Source of the DNA: the human T2T-CHM13v2.0 reference genome, Homo sapiens
DNA: 64,000 nt
Assembly (NCBI RefSeq): GCF_009914755.1
Contig: NC_060941.1
Direction: 5' to 3' (one strand)
The notes beneath the pieces are model-generated. The model had not been told where the DNA came from, did no database searches, and worked only from the letters and a program-made list of their open reading frames with translations. Of the stretch, positions 22,231 to 44,758 are shown piece by piece. Positions within the stretch are counted from its first letter, which is position 1; each line of letters begins with the position of its first letter. The translations under genes were made by a program, and so were the position numbers.

Positions 22231-24384
22231 TAAGTTAGTTAATTATATTTATGAGTTTTTAGTCATATTATCTGTAAAATGAATAAGGGGTTCAAATTAG
22301 ATAATCTCTCAGATTTCTTTGAGCAATAAAATTCTGCAATTCTGTAAGTTTGTATAGGGTCTCAGCCCATCTCTAGCACTAGCTACCTCCTGTGCATTTT
22401 CAGTTTTTAAGTTATATAGACAAAATACAGACAAAAACATTTCACATGGTAAGAAAATCTGAGCAGTGACTGACACCCATATGAACCTTGTTTTATAAGG
22501 GTTCACATATCATTCTTTTTCTATTCGGTCTACAACCAATAGATCCAATCTAATCTATGGTCTATTTTTAAATAGCCCATTAAGTTAAGAATGGTTTTTG
22601 CATTTTTAAAGGACTGTGAAAGAAAAAGAAAAGAAACAAAGAGAAATATGTGAGAGAGATCATATGTGGCCCACAAAGCCTAAAATATTTACTGTCTGAC
22701 CTTCACAAAAAAAATTTCAAAAAGTTGGTTTAGTAGGATGAAAGGAACTAAAGTTAACTTCAGATTGTTGCCTAAAGGAGAAGAAAATGGAGACCACCTG
22801 CATTCATTTGAACATCATTATTCCAGAATTTTTGGTAATTTAATCGGAATTAAATTAACATTTAAATATTAAAAATCAGCTGAATTATATCAATAATATT
22901 ATCGAGAATATTAAGCTACCAAGAGAATAGACTGGTATTAAGGATTTCATTTCAGGAATTGTTATATTAAAACAGATGTTTAAAATGATGGTTAAGTGGT
23001 AGAGCTAGAAATGTTTACCCTAAGAAGCACATCAGAAATGCCCCTAACTCTTCACTAATTACAAAATAACGATCGCCCCAGCCCTGTTACCAAGAAAGGG
23101 ATCCCTGTATTTCTGTCTGTTTAGAGACAAGAAGATACTATGTTCATTGCTATGAATGCTTGATTCTTACCCTTTGTCCATAGAGGTGTGTATGTCATTA
23201 ATCCTTATTAAGCTCATTAGTGATGCTCTTTTGCAAACAGATTCTCTCAAATATAGAAGGCTTAAGGAAAGTGGGTGTAAAGACCCTCAGGTGGATGCCA
23301 AAGTGCTACAGAGACCATGAAATAATAAAACTACGTTTCCTTTAAAATAGTTATTTTCCTTCTACTCACTCCCCCCTATTCATTTATTTTACAAATATTT
23401 GAGTTTGCTTTATTTCCATGTGTCAGTTTTAAACATGGTGGGCAATGCAGATGAGCAAGACCTAGTCCATGCTTTCAGGGACCTGTTTATGCTCAGAAGA
23501 AATGGGATACAAAATAACTACATTAAGAAGAAGAAATGGATGTGGGCACTAGGAGGTATAAATTGTTTCTCGAACATAGAAGAGGAAAAAATGCCTTCAA
23601 TTTGGACCCAGGAGGATGTTACTAGAACAATGCCATTTGAATAGGACTTTGAAGGGCCATTGTGTAACATCAGAGAGACATCTTGGGGAAAATACTCTAA
23701 ACTTGCAAAAGGAAAATGGGAGGGCAAAACACAGGAAAGTATTCAAGGAATGCCATGAGTACCCGTAGAGTACAAGAAGGGAGAGTAGGAAAATGGAGCC
23801 AGATCTTCTAGGGCTTTGAATGCCAAGCTGAGGAGCCAACATGGGGAACCATGTTACCACAGCAGTGCTGTAAGGTAGATCTGCATCACAGTCGTTGAGA
23901 GGGCACGTTAGAACTCAGTTCTGGACTCCACCCTCGTAGTTACTGATTCAGTTGGTCTAGAGTGGGACCAAGAATTTGCATCTTCAGTAACTTCCCAGGA
24001 GATGCTGGTCTTTGCAAGCCACTTCTGGAGAGTTTATATGATGACTGTGTGCAGGATAGTTTAGGAAGGGAGAGACTAGAGATGGAGACATCAGCCAGAC
24101 AACGTTACACCATCCAGGTAAAGAGGGAGGGACAAACTCCATCACTGTATAACTGAAGAAATTTCTTTTATGAAATATTAAAGCAATATAAAACCAAAAA
24201 TGAATTTCTATTAATATGATAGAAATTAATTCTATTAATATGATTTGAATTAGTTCAAAGTTATGTATTAGGTAAAGGGGTAGCTTCCTTTCAAATGATG
24301 TGAAAGGATGTCTTTTATTTCTTCTGATATTGAACTGGCTTAGGAAAACAGACCTAAACTAAGAAGGTGTAGAAATGTGAGACT

Positions 24385-24691
<307 letters not shown>

Positions 24692-25006
24692 CGACTATTT
24701 TTTTTAATATTAGAAATTGTATATATAGAGATAAAATCTTTGAGCTCATAATCTAAGATTTGATGACACTACAAAAGGGCATCTAATCAAGTCTACTGCT
24801 CTCAGGAAAAATTAATTCCAAAGTCTATTATGTTGTATATTTATTAAAACCATGAAGGTGAGACTCTAGGAGAGGTATGGGTAGGGTTAGGGGCTCTGGA
24901 AAGTTCAAATACAAGTCCAAACGTTTAGAGTTGAGATAAAAAATGTGTATTCAATATTATTCTAAACTCTTGCTATTATTCATACCAATCAACATTTAAT
25001 AACTAA

Positions 25007-25111
<105 letters not shown>

Positions 25112-25302
25112 TAAGTTACAAATATAACTTGATTACATTTGGAATTTTTATAAAACTTAATTATAAACCTCTTTGCTATTCTTGAAATATAATTAAAATT
25201 TTACCAGTAGAAAGCTACTAAAATTATACAGCAAATCCTTTTTGTCTCTAGCAAGGATTATTGTGAGAATTATTACACAGATCTTAGTGAATCATCAGAG
25301 AG

Positions 25303-25514
25303 CAGTGGTTCTCAGCTGGTGTGATTTTGTACTCAGGTGGCATCTGGTAATGTCCGGAGACAGTTTTGGTTGACAAAACTGTGAGTGTGCTCCTGGCATC
25401 TGGTGGGCAAAGGCCAGAGATGCTGCTAAACATCCTTCAAGGTATAAGACAAACCCCCATGGCAAAGAGTTATATAGTCCAAAATGTTGATGGCACTGAA
25501 GTTGTGAAATCCTG
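25303..25514. mobile_element. MER20 hAT-Charlie element
   Basis: cagtggttctca...ggccagagatgctgctaaacatcct...gaaatcctg. Confidence 0.75.
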
Positions 25515-25717
25515 TTCTAGAGAAATAAAGATCACTTAACACAGGTATTTACTGAGCATTCACTGTTTTGTATCTAATGCACCACGTGTGCAGTGTTAAA
25601 GTATAAATCATAAGCCAGTATCTTCCACAGTGAGATTTCCTTAGTGCATAGAGAAAGGATTGAGGTTATGTTCCATCCTGTATAAATTAGAATCATGGCA
25701 AATGATAAATGTTCTGA

Positions 25718-25843
<126 letters not shown>

Positions 25844-26109
25844 TAAGTGAAATAGAAGATGAATACATGTAAACAACTATTTATCTACAAAAACTCATAC
25901 AATTATTGGGTAGCTGGGTATAAGCCCATTATCAACTCTGAAAAGCGTGTCTTAAGATCCATTCATTTTTCTCAAATGGGGAAGCTAAGGTACAAAGAGG
26001 CCAAGAGACTTACATAGCTTATATATGACCTCCTCTGCTTGTCCTAGTTCTGACCTATAGCATGGGCAAGAAAAGGCATCAAAGAGGTGACCCTCAAATT
26101 AGCCTTATT

Positions 26110-27545
<1,436 letters not shown>

Positions 27546-27617
<72 letters not shown>
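27546..27617 (+). repeat. Compound microsatellite (AAT)9(CAT)15 in an Alu tail
   Basis: Read directly from the sequence. Confidence 0.95.
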
Positions 27618-27618
<1 letters not shown>

Positions 27619-30415
27619 TAGCCAGCTTCACTACAATTACGTAGGCAACACCAGGAAAACACTGGAATCACAGTTGATAAAAATTAATGAATTCACTCAA
27701 AAACATTCAGAGTGCCATGTCCATTTGTGCCAGGTACTGTACTAAGTGCTGGGGCTACAAAATCCATCTCAAAGACACACCAAGATGAGGACTTTGTCCC
27801 CAGGGGACTTTCATTCCTCAAGGAGGAAGCGGATGCTGATGGGAAAACATATGAGAGCCATGTGGGGATCTGTACGGCAGGGTGACAAGGAGAGGACAAA
27901 GCAGGAATGGGGGCTGGGTTAAGAAAGACTTGAGAGACACTAACTTGCTTATCTTGAGTTTCTGTGTTCATCTTAAACAACAGAAAAAGGCATTTGCTTC
28001 ATGGTGATGAAAAAATCAGAGCTAGCTGATATTGGAAACTAGCACTCATTTCATATAAACAGAATAGAGCTGTACCCTTCAAACTAAGTCACAGTTACTT
28101 TCAAAGATTGGCACAAGGGTCTCAACACACCAAGTGTATGTTAGGGGCTGGGCTCCTTTGGAGTCAAATCTTCCTGGTAAACAAAGCTACACTGCAGTCA
28201 TATTTGGCATATGTGACATATAGGCCCACTGCATTTCCTTCCAAAGGCAAGATGCCAAGGGAAGGTGCCAGTAATTTTATGACCAATATGACACCATTTT
28301 GTGGTGTTTGTAAGTTGAAACAATATATTTCCCTGCATTACACAAGTTTGTAAAAAACAAACAAAAAAAGAGGCCCCAGCTGTGGTTGATCGATGATGAA
28401 TTGAATAGAGCCTAACCTTCCAGGCTTCTCACTTGCACAGGCCCTTCCAAGGTCCTGGGAGGGCCCCTGGAAATTTTTGTAGTCATAATTTTTTTAATGT
28501 TTTTACAAGATAAGGCTCAGGCCCCACAAAATCCTGAAATCATCCCTGGGTTCCAATAGTTACAACCCAGTAAATCTCTTGAATGAAGCCTCTATGTTAT
28601 TGACAAATACTGACTGGCCAAGTTAGCAGGGTGATAGGGTCTGTCTATTTTGAATCTGAAATCCATCTCAAAGACAGGCCAAGAGCTTATTAGTGGACTT
28701 AACTGGATTCTGCTGGCCCAAGCGCAGTAAAGTCAAACAACCATATCGAGGTTTTGCATTGGGGAAAGGAGGACATTTATTTGCAGGGCATCCAAGCAAG
28801 AAGGACCAGGCGGCTAACTATCAAAGTCCCTCACTGAATGGGGGCAATAATCATATCTCTTACAGATGAAATCATGAATGAAATGGTTTATGGAAAAGCA
28901 GCAATGGTTGATAATCCTAAATGTTAAGTATGTTTATATTTTTTCCCTGACTTTAAAGTGCTTCTCCTTCATTCCTATACACAGGTCCAGACTGATGGCT
29001 TATTTTTTAAAATTCTCTTAGTCACTTCATTGGTTCTAACAATAATTTTAGAAACTGGATGACTTTGCAATGTAGAAAGGCTATACTTTATTCAGATAGA
29101 GTACACTCACATATTGGCTTGTCTATGGCACATCGATATCATGCCAAGAATGTAAGCACTAAGAGAGAATAAGAGGAAAATCCAGGCTTTATCCCTATTG
29201 AATTATTTATCCCACTATTAGAATATTAGTGAGGTAGGTGTGGCCACACTGTGATGGCAAATTGAGCTTCGGTCACAAACATGCCTTACTGTTCCCCCCA
29301 GTCTACTGACATCAGCTTCCTTTACATAGCGGTAGATGCACAAAAGTTTGCACAGTTGAGGGTATTGTCATCATGTTTTGGTATGTACTGGAATCCTGGC
29401 AGCTTCTTCTCTGATTCGGAGAGGCGCAAACATTAAAGACAAAAAGAACAACTCGAGTCTGTCCTTTGGGGTGATTTAGGGTGGCTGTTTAAATTTGTAG
29501 TGGTTGAAAAGTCTTGAGATTGTCACACCTAGCAACTCTTATACTTTTCTTCTCTCAGCTGCAGCTTGTTCTTTTCACCTGTGTAACAAGCTGTCTTCTC
29601 TTCTCACAGAAGCTTAGCATTTCTTCCTCTGCCCCATAGCATTTTTTCAATACTTAATTTACCAGGTGCTGTTTATGTTGTAGGCACCTAAGTACTTATA
29701 CAAGTGAGATAACATGTCCAAAGTTCTTAGAACAGTGCTTGGCCTATGGTAAATGCTCCATACATGTTACCTCCTATGATACCTCATTTTCATTTTTCCA
29801 ACAACTCTTGCGATGCGGTTATTATTATCATTTCTATTTTGTAGATGAGGAAGTTGAAACTCAGAGATGCTAGGTAATTTGCTAAGGTTCACACGGCTAA
29901 TAAGTGGCAGAACCACTTACAAGCTTTGCAAGTAATTTTCAATGCAGCTCTTAGTTCTCCTGTAATAGGAGCTGAATGATGACAATTTGGCTTTGTGTGC
30001 ATTGTATCTTACTTTCTAACTTGAACAGGACCTGTAGAGCAGTGAGCTCCACTTCCCTCTGAGAATCCCACGCTTCTGGAGCTCCTGGCTGTACCAGCTC
30101 TGGGCATCCCCAGGGTTTATGCTCACCGGTCAGTGCTGGTGTGACATGATGGCTGAGCACCGGCACTGTGTCCAGCGCATTGCTAGGCACTAGACACGTG
30201 CTCTTTCATTTATTCCTCAAATTGCTTTGTGCTGTAAATGCTACCCAGAAAGGCTCATGTTCATTACTCAAGTCACTTCACCAGAAAGTGACAGAGCCAG
30301 AATTCAAACCCAGGTCTGCCAGATTCCAGGTCCCTTGCTTCTTCTGTTGTTCCTCATTGCAAGGGAGTCTTCTTCAAGGTTATTCTCAGGACTTTGATTA
30401 AGATACAGGCTCACA

Positions 30416-30743
30416 GCTGGGCATGGTGGCTCATGCTGTAATCCCAGCACTTTGGGAGGCCAAGGTGGGTGGATCACTTGAGCTCAGAATTTCGAGACCA
30501 GCCTGGCCAACATGGTGAAACCCTGTCTCTACTAAAAATACAAAAATTAACCAAGCATGGGGACGGGTACCTATGATCCCAGCTACTCTGAAGGCTGAGG
30601 CAGGAGAATCACTTGACTCCAGGAGGTGGAGTTTGCAGTGAGCCAAGATCACACCACTGCACTGCACTCCAGCCTGGGCAACAGAGTGAGACTTCATCTC
30701 AAAAAAAAAAAAAAAAAAAAAAAGAAAGAAAGAAAAGAAAAAA
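30416..30743 (+). mobile_element. AluS
   Basis: Dimeric Alu; TSD-like aggctcac. Confidence 0.9.
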
Positions 30744-32619
30744 GGCTCACCGTTTCAGATTCTCTAGATTTTGCCCCTGAAAAAGCATTTACCTGATGCA
30801 GTCCGAGGTCTTGTATGGAGGAGCTTGGTGTGGGGAGATGTGTGGCTCACGAACCTATGTAGGTGAATAAAGGAAAGAGGTTACTTTCTCCCCAAGTACA
30901 TCGCGCATATTGGGTGAGGGTCTAGGTCATCTGATCTGCTTATTTCTTTGACTACCTTCTTCCATGGAACCAGTTTTCCCTGACAGCCTTGGGATTCTAG
31001 CATAGATCATTTTGGAGTTTGTCATTTAAATTTATTTTCACGGCCTGCTTTGGACATTTTTTCAGCTAGAGCTGTTAGAATTTCAGTACATTTAAGACAG
31101 TGATGACATGCTCCAGTCCTTTCATCTCTCTCTCCTCAGTTAATAGAAAGGAAACATAGCCCATCTATCTGGACCTGTACAGAAGAATTTGGAGGGAAAA
31201 AAAAGAACAGGCAAGAAATGTTCCCTTATTTTGTGAGCTACCTTTATTCTGTCCCATTGTTCTACAGCAAAAGGCTTGTATAAAAATATTTCAGTTTTCC
31301 TCATCTAATAAGGCATATTTAATAAAATTATTTAGAGCAGTACTTCTTAAACTTTTACTCTGAGACAGTCTTTGAGGCTGGAAAAAAGCTTGCCACATTT
31401 TACTCCCATAAAGATACCAAAAAGGCGATGGACTGGGAGTCAGTGCACCTTAGTTTAATGTATAAAATGAAGGACTTGAACCAGAAATGGAAATGATCAT
31501 CTACTGTGAATCTAAAAACACTCAAGGCTGGGCACACTGGCTCATGCCTGTAATCCCAGCACTTTAGGAGGCCAAGACAGGCAGATCGCTTGAGCCCCTG
31601 GAGTTCAAGATCAGCCTGGGCTACAAAGTGAGACCCCAATCTCTACAAAAAGACTTTTAAAAAGTGGAAACATAAATATAAATAAATAAAAACATTCATA
31701 TCATTTGGTTTGTGGAAAAGAGTTGCTGTAGAGTCCTCAAACTTGAGCCATTGAGCCAGTTCCCACTCAGTCTCTCCATGGCCCAGGCACAACCTTAGTC
31801 AAGAAAAGAATGCCTTAGAACAGGAGGAAAAGAGGATAATATCGAATGGCCCTACATTTTGATTTCATTAGGGACAAATGCAAAGATCCTAATGTCAGCT
31901 GGAGAAGAGCTTCCTAGTTCAGAGGTAATGCTGAGCTCAAGGCTATGGATGAGCTATCAAGAAAGAGGGAAGGTTGGAGAGTGAGAGAATTTTGGAGGAA
32001 AGATAACAAACTTTGCTAAGTTGTTTGGCTACATACTGCCTTACAGTCATTATTTTTGGTGTTTAGAAAAAAATAGAAACAGGGTCTCACTTTGTTACCC
32101 AGGCTGGTCTCAAACTCCTGGGCTCAAGCTCTCCTTCTGCTTTGGCCTCCCAAAGTGCTGAGATTACAGGCTTGAGATGCTGTGCCCAGCCTACATTCAT
32201 TTTTAATAGCTGGGAGGAAAGTGGGCAGAGGAAGATATAGAATGAAGAGGTAGCCGACTTTGTACAGAGCCCACCAGTGGTCTTACAACTTTTCATGCCA
32301 AAAAAAAATCACGAAGGATATTTAAAGCCCTAGTTTGAGAATCCATACTTAACCAGTCATGTGGCACTCACATTCTTTCTCTTTGTAACATCATCTTATT
32401 GAATATTAGTGTTACAAAACAAGTTAATGGCACTGAAAAACCATCTGGAATAGGAAGAGGAGGGGGATCACAAGGCAGGACAAGCTGTGTGGCTCCCAGC
32501 CTCGCCACTGACTCACTCTGATCTTGGTCAAGGGAGAGTGAATCTTCACTCCTCTTCTTTCCATCTGCCAGCATGTTTGGTCTTCTGGCACCTGGTGTTC
32601 TATACAGCACAACATGCTT

Positions 32620-38100
<5,481 letters not shown>

Positions 38101-38895
38101 AATTCTTGGAACTGATAAGTCTCCTAGTTTTTGCCAAGGGGCTCTGTGTACATGTTGGGGCATACCTTCAGCACTCAGCTAGACAATTTACAGCCATGCC
38201 TTAGCTTTCACTTCTTGCTTGTGCAGAACCTCAAGATCAGCCAGGGGTGAGAGTTTATGAACTTAGTAGGTCTTTCCTGACCATGCTGGCAGCCTGCCCT
38301 ATGCATGCGCATGACATTGCAAATTGCCAGGAATATGTCTTATGGACTTCTAGTTTCCCAAGCATATATCAGAGTGTTTCAAAATTCCTGTGGACATCTT
38401 ATTACTCAGCTTTTCCTATTAAGCTTTTCGATTAGGCTTTTTTTCCCCAAACTGTTATTCATTGCCGAATACAGTTGCCATGTTAAAACACTTGTCTGTA
38501 ATTGTTTTCCAAAAACACCCTCTGTGGAGAGGCTTTAGCACTAGACAGCTTTCATTCTGGTCAAATAAAGACAAACCTTTCAAATGAGGTCTTCCAGGGA
38601 ACCACCAGACAGATGACATCATGACAGTTAACTGAGAATAAGGCTTTGAAGGAGCTCCAGCTCCATTCTGCTCCCTCTGCTTGGGGATGTGGGCTGTTTT
38701 TCAAGGCAACTACTGAGCTAGAGAGTGAGGAATGGTCTAAGGCAAGTTAACACAAATCTCACTCTCTAGCTCAGTAGTTGCTCCTCGGGTTGCTGCAAGA
38801 CTTTGGTTACATTTCTAGAGTTCTGAAAAAGTTTATTATGGTCAATTTTTTTTTTTGCCCTTTTCTTGGTGTTTGTTGCTTTTATGAAGGGATGA

Positions 38896-39153
<258 letters not shown>

Positions 39154-39284
39154 TGATCCACCTGCCTCAGCCTCCCAAAGTGCTGGGATTACAGGCGTGA
39201 GCCACTGCGCCCAGCCTCGATGTCTTTATTCCACCATTTTCACTGATGTCACTTACAACATGGTTTTAAATCTCTGAAGGCTCA

Positions 39285-39587
39285 CTGGGCACATGCCTGT
39301 AGTCCCAGATACTCGGGAGGCAAAGGAAGAAGGATCCTTCGAGTCCAGGAATTCTGGGCTGTAGCATGCTATGCTGATTGGGTGTCCGCACTAAGTTCAG
39401 CATCAGTATGGTGACCTCCCGGGAAAAGGAGACCACCAGGTTGCCTAAAAAGGGGTGTACCAGCCCAGTTCAGGAATAGAGCAGGTCAAAACTCCCATGC
39501 TGATCACTAGTGGGATCATGGCTGTGAATAGCCACTGCTCTCCAGCCTGGGCAACACAGTGAGTGAGAATGTGTCTCTTAAAAAAAG
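39285..39587 (+). pseudogene. 7SL (SRP RNA) retropseudogene (RN7SL..P)
   Basis: Alu-domain ends enclose an S-domain (gggtgtccgcactaagttcagcatc...ccaggttgcctaa...gagcaggtcaaaactccc); A-tail; TSD-like gaaggctca/gaagtctca. Confidence 0.88.
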
Positions 39588-39635
39588 AAGTCTCATCGAC
39601 CATAGACTAATTAACTATTTAATCATGGGAAATGA

Positions 39636-39866
<231 letters not shown>

Positions 39867-39975
39867 TGAAAGGCACTTCTGTATTTAGTCTTCTCAATAT
39901 TAAGGCTGGGCCCAGTGGCTCACACCAGCACTTTGGGAGGCCAAGGCAGGTGGATCACTTGAGATCAGGAGTTCA

Positions 39976-40353
<378 letters not shown>

Positions 40354-40777
40354 TCATACATAAACACATGAGTTCAAATTACAGCTTTGCTGCTTAATAG
40401 CTTGGTGACCCAGGACAAGTTATATAACCTCTCTGTGCCTCAGTTTCCTCATTTAAAAATAGGGCAATAATAATATCTACCACATAAGGTATTTGCTGAT
40501 CACAAATACCTGGCAACCCAGTAGATACTCACTGTAATAATTATTATTTTTATAATTTCTGCCTAAGTACAAAGATGATTCTTGGGTCAACCTAAAGGCA
40601 GATTTTCTTTTATTTCTTCCTGTTTCTTTTATTTTTCTTGTTCACCTTAAAGAATTAAAAAGAAAATCGATTCCAGCATTTTGGAATAAAAATTTGCATC
40701 AAAATCAATTTATTCATTTTATTGACATATAAACAAAATGTCATTTGTTTATTCAATAAACATTTGTTAAATGCCTA

Positions 40778-41029
<252 letters not shown>

Positions 41030-41388
41030 TTACATGCAATGTAAGAAAGGCTGTGATGTCATACAAGAAGACAAGTGGGAGTATGGTTTTGACCAGTTCC
41101 TCCTCTTAGATTTATTCCTTCTTCTTTGGCTATAAAGCAAAAGAATTGGTCCTATTTTTTTTAACTGTGCAAATTAAGCCATGAATTTTAAAAACTTTAT
41201 AAAGATAAAAGACAAGCATCCAGCCCAGTGGCTCACGCTGGTAATCCTATCAGTTTGGGAGGCTGAGGCAGGTAGATCACCTGAGGTCAGGAGTTCAAAA
41301 CCAGCCTGGCCAACATGGTAAAACCCCGTCTCTACTAAAAATACAAAAATTAGCTGGGCATGGTGGTGGGTGCCTGTAATCCCAGCTA

Positions 41389-41502
<114 letters not shown>

Positions 41503-43149
41503 TCAAAAAAAAAAAAAAAAAAATAGATGAACAACGAATTATGATGAGCAACTTGAATTATGGAGGATGCTAGAAATAGTGTTTCCTCCACAGTCAGGGC
41601 TTCCTACCAACATAGTCACTTTTAGGGTTTTTGACCTGAAAAGTTCTGTGGCATATTTTTTCTTTGCTATCCACTTTTTTTTTCCTTGTAGTCTCAAAGG
41701 TTTGTCAGTATACTTTAAAACAATCCTGGTAACAGTTCTAGATTGAAGGAGACTAAAGAATCATGTACTAAGTGTAATGTCTGATGTTTGATTGGATTCT
41801 CAATTTTTTAAGCCATGTTATGATTGGGACAATTGTGAAAATGTGTATATGGACCACATAGTAGACAATGATAATATGAAGTTCCATTGGGTGATGATAG
41901 TCCTCTGGTTATGTCGGAGAATGCCTTGGTTCTTAGGGGCTGCACACTGAAGTCTTCAATGGTGAAGGGTCATTATGTCTGCAACTGACTCTCAAATGGT
42001 TTTGTCCAGAAAATGTATAGACATACACACACGGAAAGCAAATGTGGCAAAGTATTAGCAACTACTGATTCCAGATGAAAGTTATACAGGTGTTCATTAT
42101 ACCATTTGAAAATGTTTCCCAGCCATTCTAAGGCTTAAAGGAAAAAAAGAAAATGTTTAAAATAAAAACTTGGGGGCAGAAAAAGAATACCAAAAATTTT
42201 GGGCTCATGCCTGTAATCCCAGCACTTTGGGAGGCCAAAGAGAGAGGGTGGCTTGAGCCCAGGAGTTCGAGACCAGCCTGGACAACATGGTGAAACCCCA
42301 TTTCTACAAAATATACAAAAATTAGCCAGGCGTGGTGGCACACACCTGTAGTTCTAGCTACTCATGAGGCTGAGGTGGGAGGATCACTTGAGCACAGGAG
42401 GCAGAGGCTGCAGTGAGCCAAGATTGCACCACTGCACTCAGCCTGTATAACAGAGCGAGACCTGGCCTCAAAATAAACAAAAGAAACACCTTTGTGGCAG
42501 AGGTAAGGTTGCTATATAACAAAATGCTGGGTTACGGTTCCGGGTCCATTCCATATGAAGATCAGAGGCTTCCACTGGACCCAAAGGAATAATACTAGTC
42601 ACTTGTGATTGTTCCTCTATAGGTTTGAAAGATGTGTCAGGCCAACTCATTGGATGCAGTTTTAATCTAAAACTCTATACATTGTACCCCCAATTCATAG
42701 ACTTCTTGTATCCATGAAACCCTCTTCTGTTTTCACAGTCTCAATGTGGCCCCAATAAAGCCATCCTTTTGGAGGACTCAGAAAAGGCCCCCCACAACCT
42801 CTGCAACATAATAATTATAGTTAACTCTTATTGAGCACTCACTGTGCACCAGGCATTTTTCAGGTATTGATTCATTTGATCCTCAAAATTCATTAGAGGT
42901 AGGTACTATTATAATGACAAGGCCAAGGAACAGAGATTTAACAATTTGCCCAAATTCACATTATTAGCAGAGCTGAGATTGAAGCATAGTCTGGCTATGG
43001 AATCTGTATTCTTAATGACCATGCTATACTGCCTAAGATTAACCTTTTACTTCAGTTACAGGGATTGTTTTTATCTCTCTGAAAGTGCCCCCAATAAGCC
43101 ACAACAATAAATTAATCAATTGTCTCGGTTACCTCTTTTGCCCAAATTT

Positions 43150-44130
43150 ACGTATTGAAAAAAATTCAAACAAGCCAGAAAGATGAAAGAATAGTACAGA
43201 ATCTAATCAAAGATCAGGCACTGCATGTCATGTCTTCATTTCCTTTAATCTAAAACATGCTTCTACTTTCTTTGATCTTTCATGACATTGGCATTTTTTA
43301 AGAGTCAAAGATAGTTGTCTTGTAAATTGTCCCACAATCCGGATTTGTCTGTTTCCTCATGACGAAATTCAAGTTAAGCATTTTTGGGAAAAATACTGCA
43401 TAGGTGATGTATCCTTCCTGCCTCGTAACTGCAGATGGCCTGTAATACTAAGTTTGATCACTTGACCAAGGTGAACTTCCAGATCTCTCCATTGTAATTA
43501 TTTTGCTGGGTACAGTGGCTCCCACTTGTAATCCCAGCACTTTGGAAGGCTGAGGTGGGAGGATTGCTTGAGCCCAGGAGTTCTACACCAGCCTGAGCAA
43601 CATGGGGAAACCCTGTCACTACTGAAAATACAAAAGTACAAAAAAAAAAAAAATTAGCTGGGCATGGTGGTGCAAGCCTATACTCCCAGCTACTCGGGGG
43701 ACTGAATTTGGAGGATCCCTTGAGCCCAGGGGGGTTGAGGCTGCAATGAGGTATAATTTTGCCACTGTATTTCAGCCTGGGTGACAAAATAAAAATAAAA
43801 AATAATAATTTTCCGCTTGGTAATTAATAAATAATCTGTGGGTTGTTACTTTGAGTTCAGTGAAGACCCTGTTCTCAAATGTCTTTTCACCCAAATGTGC
43901 ATCAGTGATAATCCTTGTCTGAATGAATTTGTATTACACTGATGGTTGCAAAGTGACACTTTTAAAAATTCTGTCATTCCTTCTACATTTACTAGCTGGC
44001 ATTATTTCATTGAAGAAGAACTCCCCCTCTTTCTTTTTCTATATCACTCTTCGTGGATTCTTCTTTATATTAAATATGTTGTAACTTATTGTTGTTATTC
44101 TTTTGAATGCTCAAATTGTCCAGATTTGAC
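43150..44130 (-). mobile_element. Old L1MC-like fragment interrupted by an Alu (about 43506-43800, plus)
   Basis: gatttgtctgtttcctcatgacgaaattcaagtta...; tttgatcacttgaccaagg. Confidence 0.55.
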
Positions 44131-44506
44131 CAATGCAATCTTTGTTATTTTTTAACTCCACAATCGAGGTTAAACTAAGCTATTTTTAATGCCCAGAGTA
44201 ATTTATAATATTTCCCACTCCCAACAGGAATTGAGAAAGGGACTCCAGAAGTTGGGGGCTTATTCAGACTTCTTAAAAGTCTACCTTCTTCCTCTGTACT
44301 TTCAGCCCAAAGTGAGACTTTTGAGTTGGGAAGAGATACTTCTGAATTAAACTACTAATCACTGTCACCCAATTCTAATCCCAACCATCTTTATTCTAGG
44401 CATACCATACTCACTGCCATGCTTACCCTTCAGTTGGGCACCTTTGCCCTCCTTCCTATTGGCCTTCTGGTTCCTACCCAACTGTCCAGTCCATAGGCTT
44501 CAATGA

Positions 44507-44758
<252 letters not shown>

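Noticed and set aside
41670-41700. Strong acceptor-like tract (ttttttttccttgtag) as the missing LRR exon 6
   Set aside because: The downstream sequence does not encode the expected ILNHNPL peptide.
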